DNA of 64,000 nt from assembly GCA_965140585.1 (NCBI GenBank), contig OZ223269.1, positions 672,001-736,000 on the forward strand. The letters are read 5' to 3'. Shown here piece by piece: positions 1-10,018 of this stretch. The translations under genes and the position numbers were made by a program. The first letter of the stretch is position 1; each line of letters opens with the position of its first letter. The notes under the pieces are model-generated. The model was given only the letters and a program-made list of their open reading frames with translations. It did no database searches and had not been told where the DNA came from. Source of the stretch: Spirochaetia bacterium (lineage in GTDB: Bacteria; Spirochaetota; Spirochaetia; UBA9216).

Positions 1-53
1 TTGAACTGCCTCAGAAAGCTTTTCTGTCTGTGCTGAAAACTGAAGATAACTGA
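1..53 (+). CDS. lepA: 3' end of elongation factor 4 (LepA), truncated by the window start
   Basis: Frame starting at base 3 reads ELPQKAFLSVLKTEDN-stop, matching the LepA C-terminal motif VE(I/L)PQxAFLxVL. Not in the ORF track. Confidence 0.75.
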   Translation, partial: ELPQKAFLSVLKTEDN

Positions 54-54
54 T

Positions 55-1644
55 CTACATATTTTCTGTGATTTTTTTTAAATATTCGCTGAACCACCGG
101 CTGGAAACAAGGAATCTTTTAAGAAAACTTTTTTCTAAGACCGGTGAGTTTCTGTAATCAGGAAAATAGTAATAGCAGTAATCTATTTCCTTCAATAACC
201 TGATTAACTCATCCTCTCTTTTATTTTCACCATTTATATATTCAACCACTTCTCTGGAAGCACTATCGAGTTTCTCCCTTTCGTTATTTAGAAAAGTCTT
301 TATAGCTGCAGCATTATAATCTGAGTTTATATGTTTTTCATCTTCAATGTTTATTTTTTTTGAATTTCCAGTTTCCGGTAATTCACTTAACACAGCCTGT
401 CTTGAGCATACAGCAAGACCATAGATACCTGTATCATTGAGCCGTTTATCTATTTTTTCAAGTTCAGTAATTCTTTCAGAATATGATTTCATGATGGGAT
501 CTGTAAAAACTATACGTCCCGATTTATCTTTGCACTTATGACGGTTGGGAGCAAGAACAGCATCAAAATAATGAGGCGGAGCAAGCCGCTGCCAGTTCAG
601 TAAGGATCGTTTATGAGTAGGTGAACCGTTTGAATGATATTTATCAGGAGTAAAAGAAAAATCGAGACCTGTAAAAAATACCTCTGAAGTGCTTATTTTT
701 AAGGCCAGGTAGAGAGCTGCAATACCAACAGACCCCAAAGGCGGGATAAGAGGCGGACATAAGCGGTATGCCTTAAGTGTATTTATCAAACTGGTATCTG
801 TATAGTCTGAAAGAATAAAATATTTTTTTCCACAGTGCTTTCTTATTACTTCAGGAGATGATGTTAAATCAAAAACAGCAGGAATGTTGAAAGCCTCATT
901 GTAGTAGAAGTCTGAGAGATTAGCGTGCTGAGCTTCAAGGACAATGCATAAGTCAGGAGTTATCCTGTTTGATAATAAAGGTCCAATGGCGGTGTCTACA
1001 GCAATTAAAAAAAAGCTGTCCCTGCTGTTTTTAATTATTTCAATTGATTTTTCTAAGGATTCTCCGGCTGCAGCGACTAATACATTTTTGTTCGTTGTAA
1101 TACTGCTGATATCCCGGGAATCAGGAAGGAATGGAAGATTAAGAAAAATATTCCTGCTCCAGAGGCGTCCCATGTGTATCATGGTGAGTCTGTTCTTCCA
1201 TAAGCGCTGAATATAGCTGTTCATTTCTTTTATGAGATTTTTGTAATAGTTTCTCTCAAAAAAATAAGCAGAATTAAAATAGACAGGGCATATCCTGCGA
1301 AAAGAGCCGGCATTTAAATAATTAATAATTTCTTTCGGTAGAGGGCTGTTATCAGTATAGAAGTAGGGTAGAGACACTGTTTCCTGCTTTGCAAAGTTAA
1401 GTGAAAAATTATAAAATTCGGAATTATTTTCAATCAGCAGAATGTTGTCACTGGAGCCTGTGAAACTTTGCAGTTCGTTAATACCTTTGAATAAAAGCGG
1501 TGAGATTACAAGAAAAAGAGTATCAGGAGCAGTCTGCAGGGAATTAATAATTAAATTTATATCATCTTTATACAACAGCCGGTTCTGATAGCTGACATTC
1601 TGTATGCCATTACTTTCTGTCAGAACCGGTTTATTGTCGGACAT
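55..1644 (-). CDS. MAF_flag10/DUF115 (MptE-like) motility-associated factor family protein
   Basis: Motifs VAAAGESL, IAVDTA, ITPDLC, GSVGIAALYLA and FTGLDFSF are typical of the DUF115 domain. Confidence 0.75.
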   Translation of the reverse strand: MSDNKPVLTESNGIQNVSYQNRLLYKDDINLIINSLQTAPDTLFLVISPLLFKGINELQSFTGSSDNILLIENNSEFYNFSLNFAKQETVSLPYFYTDNSPLPKEIINYLNAGSFRRICPVYFNSAYFFERNYYKNLIKEMNSYIQRLWKNRLTMIHMGRLWSRNIFLNLPFLPDSRDISSITTNKNVLVAAAGESLEKSIEIIKNSRDSFFLIAVDTAIGPLLSNRITPDLCIVLEAQHANLSDFYYNEAFNIPAVFDLTSSPEVIRKHCGKKYFILSDYTDTSLINTLKAYRLCPPLIPPLGSVGIAALYLALKISTSEVFFTGLDFSFTPDKYHSNGSPTHKRSLLNWQRLAPPHYFDAVLAPNRHKCKDKSGRIVFTDPIMKSYSERITELEKIDKRLNDTGIYGLAVCSRQAVLSELPETGNSKKINIEDEKHINSDYNAAAIKTFLNNEREKLDSASREVVEYINGENKREDELIRLLKEIDYCYYYFPDYRNSPVLEKSFLKRFLVSSRWFSEYLKKITENM

Positions 1645-1646
1645 TA

Positions 1647-3200
1647 TCAGTTAGAGACGAATATTCTTGTAAAGACCTCTGTGAAGTTATCTTCAAATTT
1701 ATCAGAAGCAAATACGATATCTCGTTCTCTTTCACTCTGCCAAGTCTGAGCACTGTATGCAACCATTGATGGAATTGACTCGAGTTCATTATTTTCAACT
1801 TCTTTAATATCTTTAAGCTGCATTACAATAATCTGGTTGTTAAGAATAAGCGGTTCTGATACGTCATCATTCTCAAGCTTATTTATACTTTTAAGAAAGT
1901 ATTCATTGAAAGATGCATTTGACAGAAAAGTGTTTCCATCAGTATCTGCAAGCTGAGTATATACTGGTATGTTCTGACCGTAATAAGAAACAGAAGGATT
2001 ACCATATACGAGCGGTGCATAATTAGTCTCATGAACTGCTGTATTTTTAAGAATACCTGCATTTTCAAATCCCGAAGTTGAAGCAATATCAATGAACTCC
2101 TGGGCAAGGTCTGTGAAATAATCCTCGATAATACCTTTTTCGAACTGAGACATATATGTTTTAACTTTTTCAAGTGAAGATTCATTTGAGGTATCAAGAT
2201 TCTCAATTTCAGATGTTACCTGATAAATAACCCATGTTGTCTCGTTTTCAACAATATCACTGATTCCATTCATCGGAAGGCTGAAAATCGCATCAACAGC
2301 ATCAGCGTCAGAGATTAGGTTTTTAAGTTCGTAGTAGTATGTTTCGCCGATTTCTCCGCCCTTGTCGGCATAAGGATCCGATGATTGAGTCTTTGCAAGT
2401 TCAGAAAACATTTCAGGGTTTGCATTAAGTTTTTCAAGCACCTGCTCTGCATCTTTACGGTCTGTGTTAATTGTGATTTTGCTTAATGTTGCATTCTCAA
2501 AAAGATTTGAGTTGGACTCTGCATACTCGGCTGCTTTTTCAAGCGGAAAGTCGGAAAAATTATAAACTACATAATTGAAACTCTTCGATGATGCCGCAAT
2601 ATCTTTCAGGAAGTCAGCCTCAGCTTCACTGCCGTTTATGGAGTAAATATCTGTAAGATACTCATTGAAGATCAATTCTTCTTTAAGCCTGCTTCGGACA
2701 TTCTTTTTTTCGATATTTGAAGACTGGGAATAAAGATTCTCGCTGAATTCACCGTTTTCCATAAAAGGACCGTAAGACACAATAGCTTTGTCTACGGCAT
2801 TTCCTGAAACGTTGAGGCCGCTGTTCTGTGCATCAACAATCATGGCAGTTCTTATAACTGTATTGTCGAACGCTGTTCGCCATACCTGATACTGAATGAA
2901 TTGTGAATTTGCATCTGTTATTGCATCGCTGTAATTATCTGCAATGCTTGCAATCTGATCTGCAAAGTAGGAGCCATCGTAATAGATTATTGCCTGTCCG
3001 TCATATGAACCGAAAACTGCAGTGTTGCCTGAGCTTATTTTACCTGCTATAGGTGCACCTACAAATGCAACTATAATAACAACAAGTGTAAGCAGGCTGA
3101 CAATCCACATTACAGGGTGGTTTGTCTTTTTTTTCTCTGCCATATCAATTTTTTCACTGGATAAATGACGTGATCTGCGTTTCTGTTCTCTGGAAGCCAT
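1647..3200 (-). CDS. SurA/PpiD-like membrane-anchored peptidyl-prolyl isomerase/chaperone
   Basis: N-terminal TM helix, SurA-N-like region, parvulin motif FSELAKTQSSDP..ADKGGEIG. Start moved from 3296 to the ATG at 3200 (MASREQ). Confidence 0.7.
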   Translation of the reverse strand: MASREQKRRSRHLSSEKIDMAEKKKTNHPVMWIVSLLTLVVIIVAFVGAPIAGKISSGNTAVFGSYDGQAIIYYDGSYFADQIASIADNYSDAITDANSQFIQYQVWRTAFDNTVIRTAMIVDAQNSGLNVSGNAVDKAIVSYGPFMENGEFSENLYSQSSNIEKKNVRSRLKEELIFNEYLTDIYSINGSEAEADFLKDIAASSKSFNYVVYNFSDFPLEKAAEYAESNSNLFENATLSKITINTDRKDAEQVLEKLNANPEMFSELAKTQSSDPYADKGGEIGETYYYELKNLISDADAVDAIFSLPMNGISDIVENETTWVIYQVTSEIENLDTSNESSLEKVKTYMSQFEKGIIEDYFTDLAQEFIDIASTSGFENAGILKNTAVHETNYAPLVYGNPSVSYYGQNIPVYTQLADTDGNTFLSNASFNEYFLKSINKLENDDVSEPLILNNQIIVMQLKDIKEVENNELESIPSMVAYSAQTWQSERERDIVFASDKFEDNFTEVFTRIFVSN

Positions 3201-3368
3201 AAATAAAGTATTCCTTAAATTTGAAGTAAAAATATTCAGAAAACAATAGCATGAGCGTTGCAATGTGTCAATCATAATGAGTTTTCGTAAAAGCATGTGA
3301 TATAGTAAAATATTTCAATTCTTAATTGATAATTACATGTCTGTTGATTAAATTTAAAGCATAATATT

Positions 3369-4550
3369 ATGCAGGAATACAAAAAATTCAGAATAGAAAC
3401 AAAGAGAGACGAAATACTTAAATCAGGTTTTTTGATATCACTGATTGGAGTCCCTCTTGTTCTTATATTCACCTTGCTGGACAGGAGCGCCGTAAATCTT
3501 GGAAATGTACTGCACTGGCGACTTGTAGGAATGTTTCCGATGCTGCTTTTTGTGATAATGAAAAGTTTATGGAGCCGTTATTTAGAGAGGCTTAATCCTT
3601 TAATCGTTCAATGGTTCGGTTTTATTATAATTTTTGCTCTATCATGTATGATGTCGGCAATTTTCATGGAAGTAATAAGTAATTCAGCTTCGTATACAGC
3701 TGTTGGCTTGGCAGGCACAACCTCAGGGAGCATACTAGTTATATTCGGATGCGGATTATTTAACGGAGTTGGATTTAAAAAAGCTGTCACAGCTGCAGGG
3801 GTGCCTTATATCATAATGGTTATTCTTCTGGTTATTGAGAACCGGCTGTCATCTGAAGAACGGGTATTAACCGCAAATATTATCTCGGCCTTGATTCTGT
3901 ACTGTGTAATGGTTTGGAGGAGGGAGAAAACAGATGATGAAAGGCTTTATAACCTTTTTATGCTTGACCATGAACATTCAATGCTTGAATCTGCAGTTAA
4001 AGAAAGAACCTTAGAACTCGAAATCCTGTTGTCTGAACTGCATCATAATGTTCGGAACAATCTGCAGACAATACTGAGTATAGTCTGTATATACGAACAT
4101 AGTTATCATTTTAATGATATTCATACAAGAATTGATATTATAAAGAAAGCTGTACAGATACTGTCTTTATCGCATAGTCTTTCCCATTTCAGTAAAACGT
4201 CAGAAAAAGTATCTCTGAAAAAATTTATTAATGGTCTGCTTAGTGAAATCTTTGATGAAAGAGATGTTATTGTAAATAAAGAAATAGCAGAATATGAAAT
4301 TAAAGTAGAGAATGCAGTTAAACTTGGACTTATTTTACTTCATATCCTGTCGCAGACCGAAAAAGAGTGTTCAGTCAAAATAGCAGCCTCTGACAATATA
4401 CTTGAAATCAGTATAACCTCTGATGGGAAATCTCCTGAATATAAGGGTGAGAATAAAGCCGGCGATCCTTTATTTGATATTATTAAAGCTGATGCAGTCG
4501 AATGGTCAGAAAATGAACTGAATTATACAAGATTGACTGTTATTGAATAA
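3369..4550 (+). CDS. Membrane sensor with HisKA_2-type histidine kinase domain (degenerate ATPase domain)
   Basis: About 6 TM segments, then LLSELHHNVRNNLQ (HisKA_2 H-box). G-boxes are poorly conserved. Confidence 0.65.
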   Translation: MQEYKKFRIETKRDEILKSGFLISLIGVPLVLIFTLLDRSAVNLGNVLHWRLVGMFPMLLFVIMKSLWSRYLERLNPLIVQWFGFIIIFALSCMMSAIFMEVISNSASYTAVGLAGTTSGSILVIFGCGLFNGVGFKKAVTAAGVPYIIMVILLVIENRLSSEERVLTANIISALILYCVMVWRREKTDDERLYNLFMLDHEHSMLESAVKERTLELEILLSELHHNVRNNLQTILSIVCIYEHSYHFNDIHTRIDIIKKAVQILSLSHSLSHFSKTSEKVSLKKFINGLLSEIFDERDVIVNKEIAEYEIKVENAVKLGLILLHILSQTEKECSVKIAASDNILEISITSDGKSPEYKGENKAGDPLFDIIKADAVEWSENELNYTRLTVIE

Positions 4551-4561
4551 TTGAAGGGATA

Positions 4562-4633
4562 TCGGGCTGAGAGGATTTGAACCTCCGACCTCGCCGTCCC
4601 GAACGGCGCGCGCTCCCCCTGCGCTACAGCCCG
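4562..4633 (-). tRNA. tRNA-Pro(CGG)
   Basis: Reverse complement folds: acceptor CGGGCTG/CAGCCCG, anticodon arm CGCCG-TTCGGGA-CGGCG, T-loop TTCAAAT. CCA not encoded. Confidence 0.93.
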
Positions 4634-4668
4634 TAAATAAAAAGCCCTTAAAGAAATCTTTAAGGGCT
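4634..4668 (-). terminator. Intrinsic terminator-like hairpin between tRNA-Asp and tRNA-Pro
   Basis: 11-bp stem (4643-4653/4658-4668), 4-nt loop, T-rich tail TTTTTATTTA on the minus strand. Confidence 0.6.
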
Positions 4669-4673
4669 ACTTT

Positions 4674-4747
4674 CGGGAGCGACGGGGCTTGAACCCGCGA
4701 TCTCCGGCTTGACAGGCCGGCGCGATAACCAGCTTCGCCACGCCCCC
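4674..4747 (-). tRNA. tRNA-Asp(GTC)
   Basis: Acceptor GGGGGCG/CGCTCCC, anticodon arm CCGGC-CTGTCAA-GCCGG, T-loop TTCAAGC. Confidence 0.95.
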
Positions 4748-4760
4748 AGAAGGTAGATGT

Positions 4761-4789
4761 AATATAGCGAACTGAAGAAAAACTGTCAA
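4761..4789 (-). promoter_or_regulatory. Sigma70 promoter for the tRNA pair
   Basis: TTGACA-17 nt-TATATT, ending 13 nt upstream of tRNA-Asp. Confidence 0.75.
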
Positions 4790-4864
4790 TAAGTTATAAA
4801 AATCTTTTTTATGATTTTAATAGTTTTTCAGTTTAAAAGAGGTGAGGCCGAATATCTAAATACG

Positions 4865-5662
4865 ATGAGAAGAGTACCGTTTATAGCAGCAGCGTTAATA
4901 ATCACAGTGTCAGGCAGTATTTATGCCGACTCGGAATACCTGATTCAGAAGGGCGATACCTTATACAGTTTAAGCCGTAAATATGATGTTTCTGTAGAGC
5001 AGCTTATGGAATACAACCACATAGAGAATGCTTCGAGAATATATCCCGGCATTAAAATTCTTATTCCATCCGGCTATACAGTTAAGAAGGGTGACACTTT
5101 TTATGGTATTGCCAGACAGCACAATATCAGCCTTGAGGAACTGCTGGGCAGCAATAATATGAAGATTTCGGATGTTCTTTATCCCGGACAAGTCCTGGTT
5201 CTTCCTTCCGGCAGAAGTAGTGTAGAGAAGCCTGTTGTAATCGCTCAGAAGCCTGAGAACGGGGGTTCTGAAGGTTCTTCAGTTGAAACTGCAGATGAAC
5301 CTGAAAAAACTGAAATAAACGTTATATGGCCACATACTGGGGTCAGAGCGCCTCTGGACGGAAAACTGAAAGGTATTCAAATTTCTGGAAATCCGGGGGA
5401 CAGTATTACTGCTGTTTCCAGCGGTACTGTGGTCTGGGCGGACGATTACGGAATGTATAAATTTCTTATTCTTGTTGAGTCTGATAACGGTCTCGTCTAT
5501 GGTTACGGCGGAAATGAGAAAAGTAGTGTGAAAGTAGGCGACAGGATTGTTTCCGGAAGCTCTATCGGAATACTGGGCGGTGCGGACGGAAAAGCTGATG
5601 CCTATTTTTTTGTATATAAAAACGGAAAGCCTGTCGATCCTTCAACAGCACCGCGTGTCTGA
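4865..5662 (+). CDS. LysM x2 + degenerate M23 domain protein (NlpD-like)
   Basis: Two LysM repeats (YLIQKGDTLYSLSRKY, YTVKKGDTFYGIARQH) and an M23 fold lacking the catalytic His motifs. Start moved to ATG 4865. Confidence 0.8.
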   Translation: MRRVPFIAAALIITVSGSIYADSEYLIQKGDTLYSLSRKYDVSVEQLMEYNHIENASRIYPGIKILIPSGYTVKKGDTFYGIARQHNISLEELLGSNNMKISDVLYPGQVLVLPSGRSSVEKPVVIAQKPENGGSEGSSVETADEPEKTEINVIWPHTGVRAPLDGKLKGIQISGNPGDSITAVSSGTVVWADDYGMYKFLILVESDNGLVYGYGGNEKSSVKVGDRIVSGSSIGILGGADGKADAYFFVYKNGKPVDPSTAPRV

Positions 5663-5663
5663 A

Positions 5664-5701
5664 TAAAAAAAGGCTGTCCGGATATTACTCACGGACAGCC
5701 T
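5664..5701 (-). terminator. Terminator between the convergent LysM gene and mmdB
   Basis: AGGCTGTCCG...CGGACAGCCT hairpin with an A-run on the left (U-tract on the minus strand). Confidence 0.7.
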
Positions 5702-5721
5702 GAATTGAAATCAGTTTAAAA

Positions 5722-6891
5722 CTAATTAAGCGACAACAGAACACCCGCAGCAATTGCAGAGCCTATAACTCCGGCTACGTTTGGTCCCATTGCGTTCATC
5801 AGCAGAAAGTTGCCCGGGTCTTCTTTCTGACCGACCTTCTGTACTACTCGTGCAGCCATAGGTACGGCAGATACTCCTGCAGCTCCAATCATCGGATTGA
5901 TCTTTCCGCCGCTTATCTTGCTCATCAGCTTTCCAAGCATTACTCCGCCGCCGGTTCCTACTCCGAATGCTATACATCCAAGCACAATAATGAAGATTGT
6001 CTCAAATGTAAGGAAGTGGTCGGCTGACATCTTCGAACCTACTGATATTCCAAGGAATATGGTAACTATGTTTATAAGCTCGTTCTGGGCTGTCTTTGAA
6101 AGCCTGTCTACAACTCCGCACTCCTTGAACAGGTTTCCAAGCATTAGCATTCCGATTAGAGGTGCTGATGCCGGAATAAGCAGGGCTGTAACTATTGTTG
6201 TGATTATCGGGAAAAGAATCTTTGTCCGCTTTGATACGGGTTTCGGATCTTCCATCCTGATAAGTCTTTCCTTCTTGGTTGTGAGAGCCTTGATAATAGG
6301 CGGCTGTATAATCGGTACAAGCGCCATATACGTATAGGCTGCTACTGCAATAGGTCCAAGCAGATGCGGTGCAAGCTTCGATGTAAGATATATCGCTGTA
6401 GGACCGTCAGCTCCTCCGATTATTGCGATGGAAGAGGCCTCTGCGAAGTTGAAGCCCAGATCATGCGCCGCAAGAAAGGGTATTGCTCCAAGCGCCTTTG
6501 CTCCAAGCAGGGTTATAAATATACCAAGCTGTGCAGCGGCTCCAAGAAGAAAGGTCTGCGGTTTGCCCAGTAGCGGTCCAAAGTCCGTCATCGCACCAAT
6601 TCCCATGAAGATAATCGGCGGGAACAGTCCAAGCTGAACACCCTGGTAAAAATAGTATATAAGTCCGCCGGCCTGGTCTCCGATTGGGCCTTCCAGAAGC
6701 CCTGTAAGCGGAAGGTTTACCAGTATTGCTCCAAACCCTATCGGGATAAGCAGCAGCGGCTCATAACCCTTTGCTATTGCAAGGTAAACAAGCAGACAGC
6801 CGATTGCAATCATCACAATGTTCTGCCAGGTGATTGCTGTGAAGGCGGTGCTGCTTAGAAATCTCAATATTAGATCTACGAAATTCACCAA
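5722..6891 (-). CDS. mmdB: Na+-translocating decarboxylase beta subunit
   Basis: [39 protein letters not shown] and [12 protein letters not shown] motifs of OadB/MmdB. Confidence 0.92.
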   Translation of the reverse strand: MVNFVDLILRFLSSTAFTAITWQNIVMIAIGCLLVYLAIAKGYEPLLLIPIGFGAILVNLPLTGLLEGPIGDQAGGLIYYFYQGVQLGLFPPIIFMGIGAMTDFGPLLGKPQTFLLGAAAQLGIFITLLGAKALGAIPFLAAHDLGFNFAEASSIAIIGGADGPTAIYLTSKLAPHLLGPIAVAAYTYMALVPIIQPPIIKALTTKKERLIRMEDPKPVSKRTKILFPIITTIVTALLIPASAPLIGMLMLGNLFKECGVVDRLSKTAQNELINIVTIFLGISVGSKMSADHFLTFETIFIIVLGCIAFGVGTGGGVMLGKLMSKISGGKINPMIGAAGVSAVPMAARVVQKVGQKEDPGNFLLMNAMGPNVAGVIGSAIAAGVLLSLN

Positions 6892-6900
6892 ATCCCTCCG

Positions 6901-7386
6901 TTAGCCGATGTCTACAAGCGGCTGTCCTTCGGTTACGTTTGTACCCGGAGTTACATGGATGGCTGCTACTGTACCGGCATTGCTTGCAAATACTTCAATG
7001 TCCATCTTCATTGCTTCCATTATCAGAAGAAGATCACCCTTGGCTACACTTGCACCCTGGGCTACCTTGATTTCCTTGATTGTTCCTGTGATTGCAGCCT
7101 TCTCTGTTCCGGCTCCGGCTGCTACAGGTGCGGCTGCAGGGGCTGCTGCGGGTGCGGGGGCTGAAGCTGCAGGTGCCGGTGCAGCAGGTGCAGCAGGTGC
7201 AGCAGGTGCTGCCGGTGCAGCAGGCGCGGCAGGCGCTGCAACAGGAGCAGCTGAGGCTCCTGCAGGGGTTGCAAGGCTTACAAGGTAACTATCGCCTTCA
7301 TGCTCAATTGTAAGGACATTTCCGTTTCTTGTTACGTTTATATCGTAAAGTGTTCCTTCATATTCAAACTTAATATTCTTGCTCAT
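6901..7386 (-). CDS. mmdC: Biotin carboxyl carrier subunit with Ala/Pro linker
   Basis: EAMKM biotinylation motif and (PAA)n linker. Confidence 0.9.
   Translation of the reverse strand: MSKNIKFEYEGTLYDINVTRNGNVLTIEHEGDSYLVSLATPAGASAAPVAAPAAPAAPAAPAAPAAPAAPAPAASAPAPAAAPAAAPVAAGAGTEKAAITGTIKEIKVAQGASVAKGDLLLIMEAMKMDIEVFASNAGTVAAIHVTPGTNVTEGQPLVDIG
7110..7270 (-). repeat. Degenerate 9-bp tandem repeat encoding the Pro-Ala-Ala linker of MmdC
   Basis: Repeated ggtgcagca-type units on the plus strand. Confidence 0.7.
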
Positions 7387-7391
7387 AACTC

Positions 7392-7778
7392 TTATACTCC
7401 TGGTGCTTTTCTTGTAATTTTATTGTTAGCGACCCACGGGTCATACTTTGCTGCTCCCGCTGAGCTCCATCCTGAAGCCTTCGGGGCATTCTGCTCATCT
7501 TCCTCTGCTGCCAGAAACGCTGATACCGCAGCCGAAAGCCATTTGGCGTTGTCGGCCATTGTTGCTGTAGCTGCTGCAACTATTACAGGCAGGGGCAGAC
7601 CTCCGCTCTTCTTTGCTGAAGAAGCCCTGGCAGATTTCGGCGCTTCGCTTTTGGCTGTATCACCGTCTGCGAATTTCCTTATCAGAACCATCAGCAGACT
7701 CAGAAGGACTAACAGCGTAAATACTATCAGTATTCCAAGTATCGATGTCATAACACTGTAAATAAATTCTTCCTGCAT
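7392..7778 (-). CDS. mmdD: OadG/MmdD family decarboxylase subunit
   Basis: Single N-terminal TM (GILIVFTLLVLLSLL), AAVSAF motif, located between mmdA and mmdC. Confidence 0.75.
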   Translation of the reverse strand: MQEEFIYSVMTSILGILIVFTLLVLLSLLMVLIRKFADGDTAKSEAPKSARASSAKKSGGLPLPVIVAAATATMADNAKWLSAAVSAFLAAEEDEQNAPKASGWSSAGAAKYDPWVANNKITRKAPGV

Positions 7779-7793
7779 AAAACTCTCCGCCTC

Positions 7794-9344
7794 CTACAGT
7801 GGTATATTGCCGTGTTTCTTGGCTGGTCTGTCTTCACGCTTTTTAATGTTGATCTCAAGCGCTCTGATGAGTTCTGCACGGGTGTATTCGGGGTCGATTA
7901 TATCGTCTACAAGACCAAGTCCTGCGGCTACGTAGGGGTTCATGAACTCTGTCTGGAACTCTGCTATCTTTTCCTGTCTCTTTGCTTCAGGATCCGATGC
8001 TGAACTGATGTCTTTTCGAAAGATGATGTTTGCTGCACCCTCCGCTCCCATTACTGCTATTTCTGCTGTCGGGTAGGCAAGAACTCTGTCGTATCCTAGT
8101 GACTTGGAGGACATTGCTATCATTGAACCGCCGTAGGATTTTCTCATAATCAGTGAAATCTTGGGCACTGTGGCCTCTGCTATCGCGTAGAGGATCTTTG
8201 CTCCGTGCCTGATGATTCCGCCGTGCTCCTGGGCAACTCCGGGAAGGTAGCCGGGAACGTCAACGAGTGTGATTACCGGAATATTGAAAGCATCGCAGAA
8301 GCGGATGAATCTTGCTCCCTTGTCTGATGAGTTGATATCAAGTGAGGCAGCCATGAACTTCGGCTGGTTGGCAAAGATTCCTACAGTGCGTCCGTTAAGC
8401 TTGGCAAAACCTACTACTACGCTTTTGGCGAAGTCTTCCTGTACTTCAAGAAATGAACCTGCGTCAAAGGCGCTTCCGATAATATCGCGTACATCGTAGG
8501 GCTTTCTGGCCTCTTCGGGGATGATCGACATTATTTCGGGGGTGGTTCTTTCAAGTGAATCTGTACATGCGCTTACAGGCGGCTGCTCTGTGTTGTTTGA
8601 AGGCAGGTAGTCCATAAGCCTTCTGATGAAATCAAAACATTCCTGCTCGGATGAAAAACGGAAGTGGGCGACTCCGCTTTTTGCACAATGAGCTGAGGCT
8701 CCTCCGAGGTCTTCGTGGCTGATTACTTCACCGGTTACTGTCTTGATTACATCCGGACCGGTGATGTACATGTGACTTGAACCGTCTACCATGAATATGA
8801 AGTCGGTTATGGCCGGTGAGTAAACTGCACCTCCGGCACAGGGACCGAGTATTACTGAAAACTGAGGAATTACACCTGATGAGAGTGTGTTGTTCCGAAA
8901 GATTTTGGCGTATCCGTTTAGTGAGAGTATTCCCTCCTGGATTCTTGCTCCGCCTGAATCGTTGACCTGGATAAACGGTGAGCCGTTTTTGAGTGCAAGA
9001 CTTTGGGCCTCTGCAATCTTTTCGGCATGCATTTCTCCAAGTGAACCGCCGAGAACTGTAAAATCCTGAGCTGACAGGAATACCTGCTTGCCGTTCATCT
9101 TACCTGTTCCGGTTACTACTCCGTCGCCGGCAAACTTGTTTTTATCCATTCCGAACTGGCTTGTTCTTGTCTGGATGTATGCCTGGCTTTCAACGAAACT
9201 TCCCTCATCCAGAAGTCCGGTGATCCTTTCTCTGGCGGTAAATTTCCCTTTATCATGCTGGGCTTTGATTCTGGCGTCGCCGCCGCCCTTCTGCATTTTT
9301 GCTCTGAAGTCTTTAAACTCCTGTAACTTTTCTTTGTTACCCAA
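7794..9344 (-). CDS. mmdA: Acyl-CoA carboxyltransferase, alpha subunit of (methyl)malonyl-CoA decarboxylase
   Basis: QDFTVLGGSLGE, DSGGARIQEG, GPCAGGAVYSPA, C-terminal KKHGNIPL. TTG start with GGAGGAG RBS. Confidence 0.9.
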   Translation of the reverse strand: MGNKEKLQEFKDFRAKMQKGGGDARIKAQHDKGKFTARERITGLLDEGSFVESQAYIQTRTSQFGMDKNKFAGDGVVTGTGKMNGKQVFLSAQDFTVLGGSLGEMHAEKIAEAQSLALKNGSPFIQVNDSGGARIQEGILSLNGYAKIFRNNTLSSGVIPQFSVILGPCAGGAVYSPAITDFIFMVDGSSHMYITGPDVIKTVTGEVISHEDLGGASAHCAKSGVAHFRFSSEQECFDFIRRLMDYLPSNNTEQPPVSACTDSLERTTPEIMSIIPEEARKPYDVRDIIGSAFDAGSFLEVQEDFAKSVVVGFAKLNGRTVGIFANQPKFMAASLDINSSDKGARFIRFCDAFNIPVITLVDVPGYLPGVAQEHGGIIRHGAKILYAIAEATVPKISLIMRKSYGGSMIAMSSKSLGYDRVLAYPTAEIAVMGAEGAANIIFRKDISSASDPEAKRQEKIAEFQTEFMNPYVAAGLGLVDDIIDPEYTRAELIRALEINIKKREDRPAKKHGNIPL

Positions 9345-9574
9345 TTTCTTCTCCTCCCTCTATCTAAGAAGATTGCCATGAATTTTCCGCAAGAAGCGTA
9401 TTACGGAAACTAAATACGGAATTTAATGATGGATACCCTCCGGAAATTGTATCATTGTCTGATATTAAGGATTAAATTCGCTTAAAAGGGTACGAATGTC
9501 AACCCTTGACTTAAATCCATCGTTAAAAAGAACAAATATTCAATGATAACGCAAACATCAGTAATGAAAAAAAT

Positions 9575-10015
9575 CTATAAAAGATGTTTTTTTAACGTTA
9601 CTATCCATTTTGCAGGTGAAGGTATACGGTAAGCAACCCTGTCTAGTTCACCTTTATCATTCTTAAAAGATACCTGAATGACAGTATCGTTCAATGCTTT
9701 ATCGCAAAAAAAATCGGTGGTACCGATATTTTTTATGTCAGAAGCTTTAACAAAGTGTTCTATATTACCAAATCGTGAATGGTAATAGATCCCGTCTTTA
9801 ACCAGAGCTATAGCGCCGGTTTTTCTGTTGGGTTTTTCAACCTTTGATTCCTGCCCGAAAAAAGTAACTCCATAGGAGGCAAGTATAATACTGGATGAAT
9901 CAAATTTTGAAGTAAGAAAACCTGTTTCCCTGTGTCGGATGATAGCCATAATAATAACAATAGCAAATATGATAACACCAAGTGCTACAGGAGACAGGTT
10001 TACAAGATAGTCCAT
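9575..10015 (-). CDS. Hypothetical protein with N-terminal TM
   Basis: 146-aa ORF starting 3 nt after the upstream ORF ends. Confidence 0.6.
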   Translation of the reverse strand: MDYLVNLSPVALGVIIFAIVIIMAIIRHRETGFLTSKFDSSSIILASYGVTFFGQESKVEKPNRKTGAIALVKDGIYYHSRFGNIEHFVKASDIKNIGTTDFFCDKALNDTVIQVSFKNDKGELDRVAYRIPSPAKWIVTLKKHLL

Positions 10016-10018
10016 TCA

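Noticed and set aside
4562-4750. tRNA genes as an integration site for an island or prophage
   Set aside because: No integrase and no duplicated tRNA 3' end were found in the window.
4828-4855. Possible sigma28 promoter (GCCGAATA) before the LysM gene
   Set aside because: No properly spaced TAAA -35 element; too weak to call.
5320-5662. M23 domain lacking catalytic histidines
   Set aside because: Ordinary for NlpD/EnvC-type amidase activators.
7110-7270. Tandem repeat as a possible CRISPR or contingency locus
   Set aside because: It encodes the well-known Ala/Pro hinge of biotin carriers; there are no spacers.
6908-7761. Plus-strand ORFs of 69-153 aa, including Gly/Ala-rich and Gln/Val-rich repeats
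   Set aside because: These are antisense shadows of mmdC/mmdD produced by the 9-bp linker repeat; no RBS or family motifs.
5722-9344. mmd operon looks more GC-rich than its flanks (possible horizontal acquisition)
   Set aside because: Judged only by eye, explainable by Ala/Gly-rich highly expressed proteins, and no mobility signatures at the borders.
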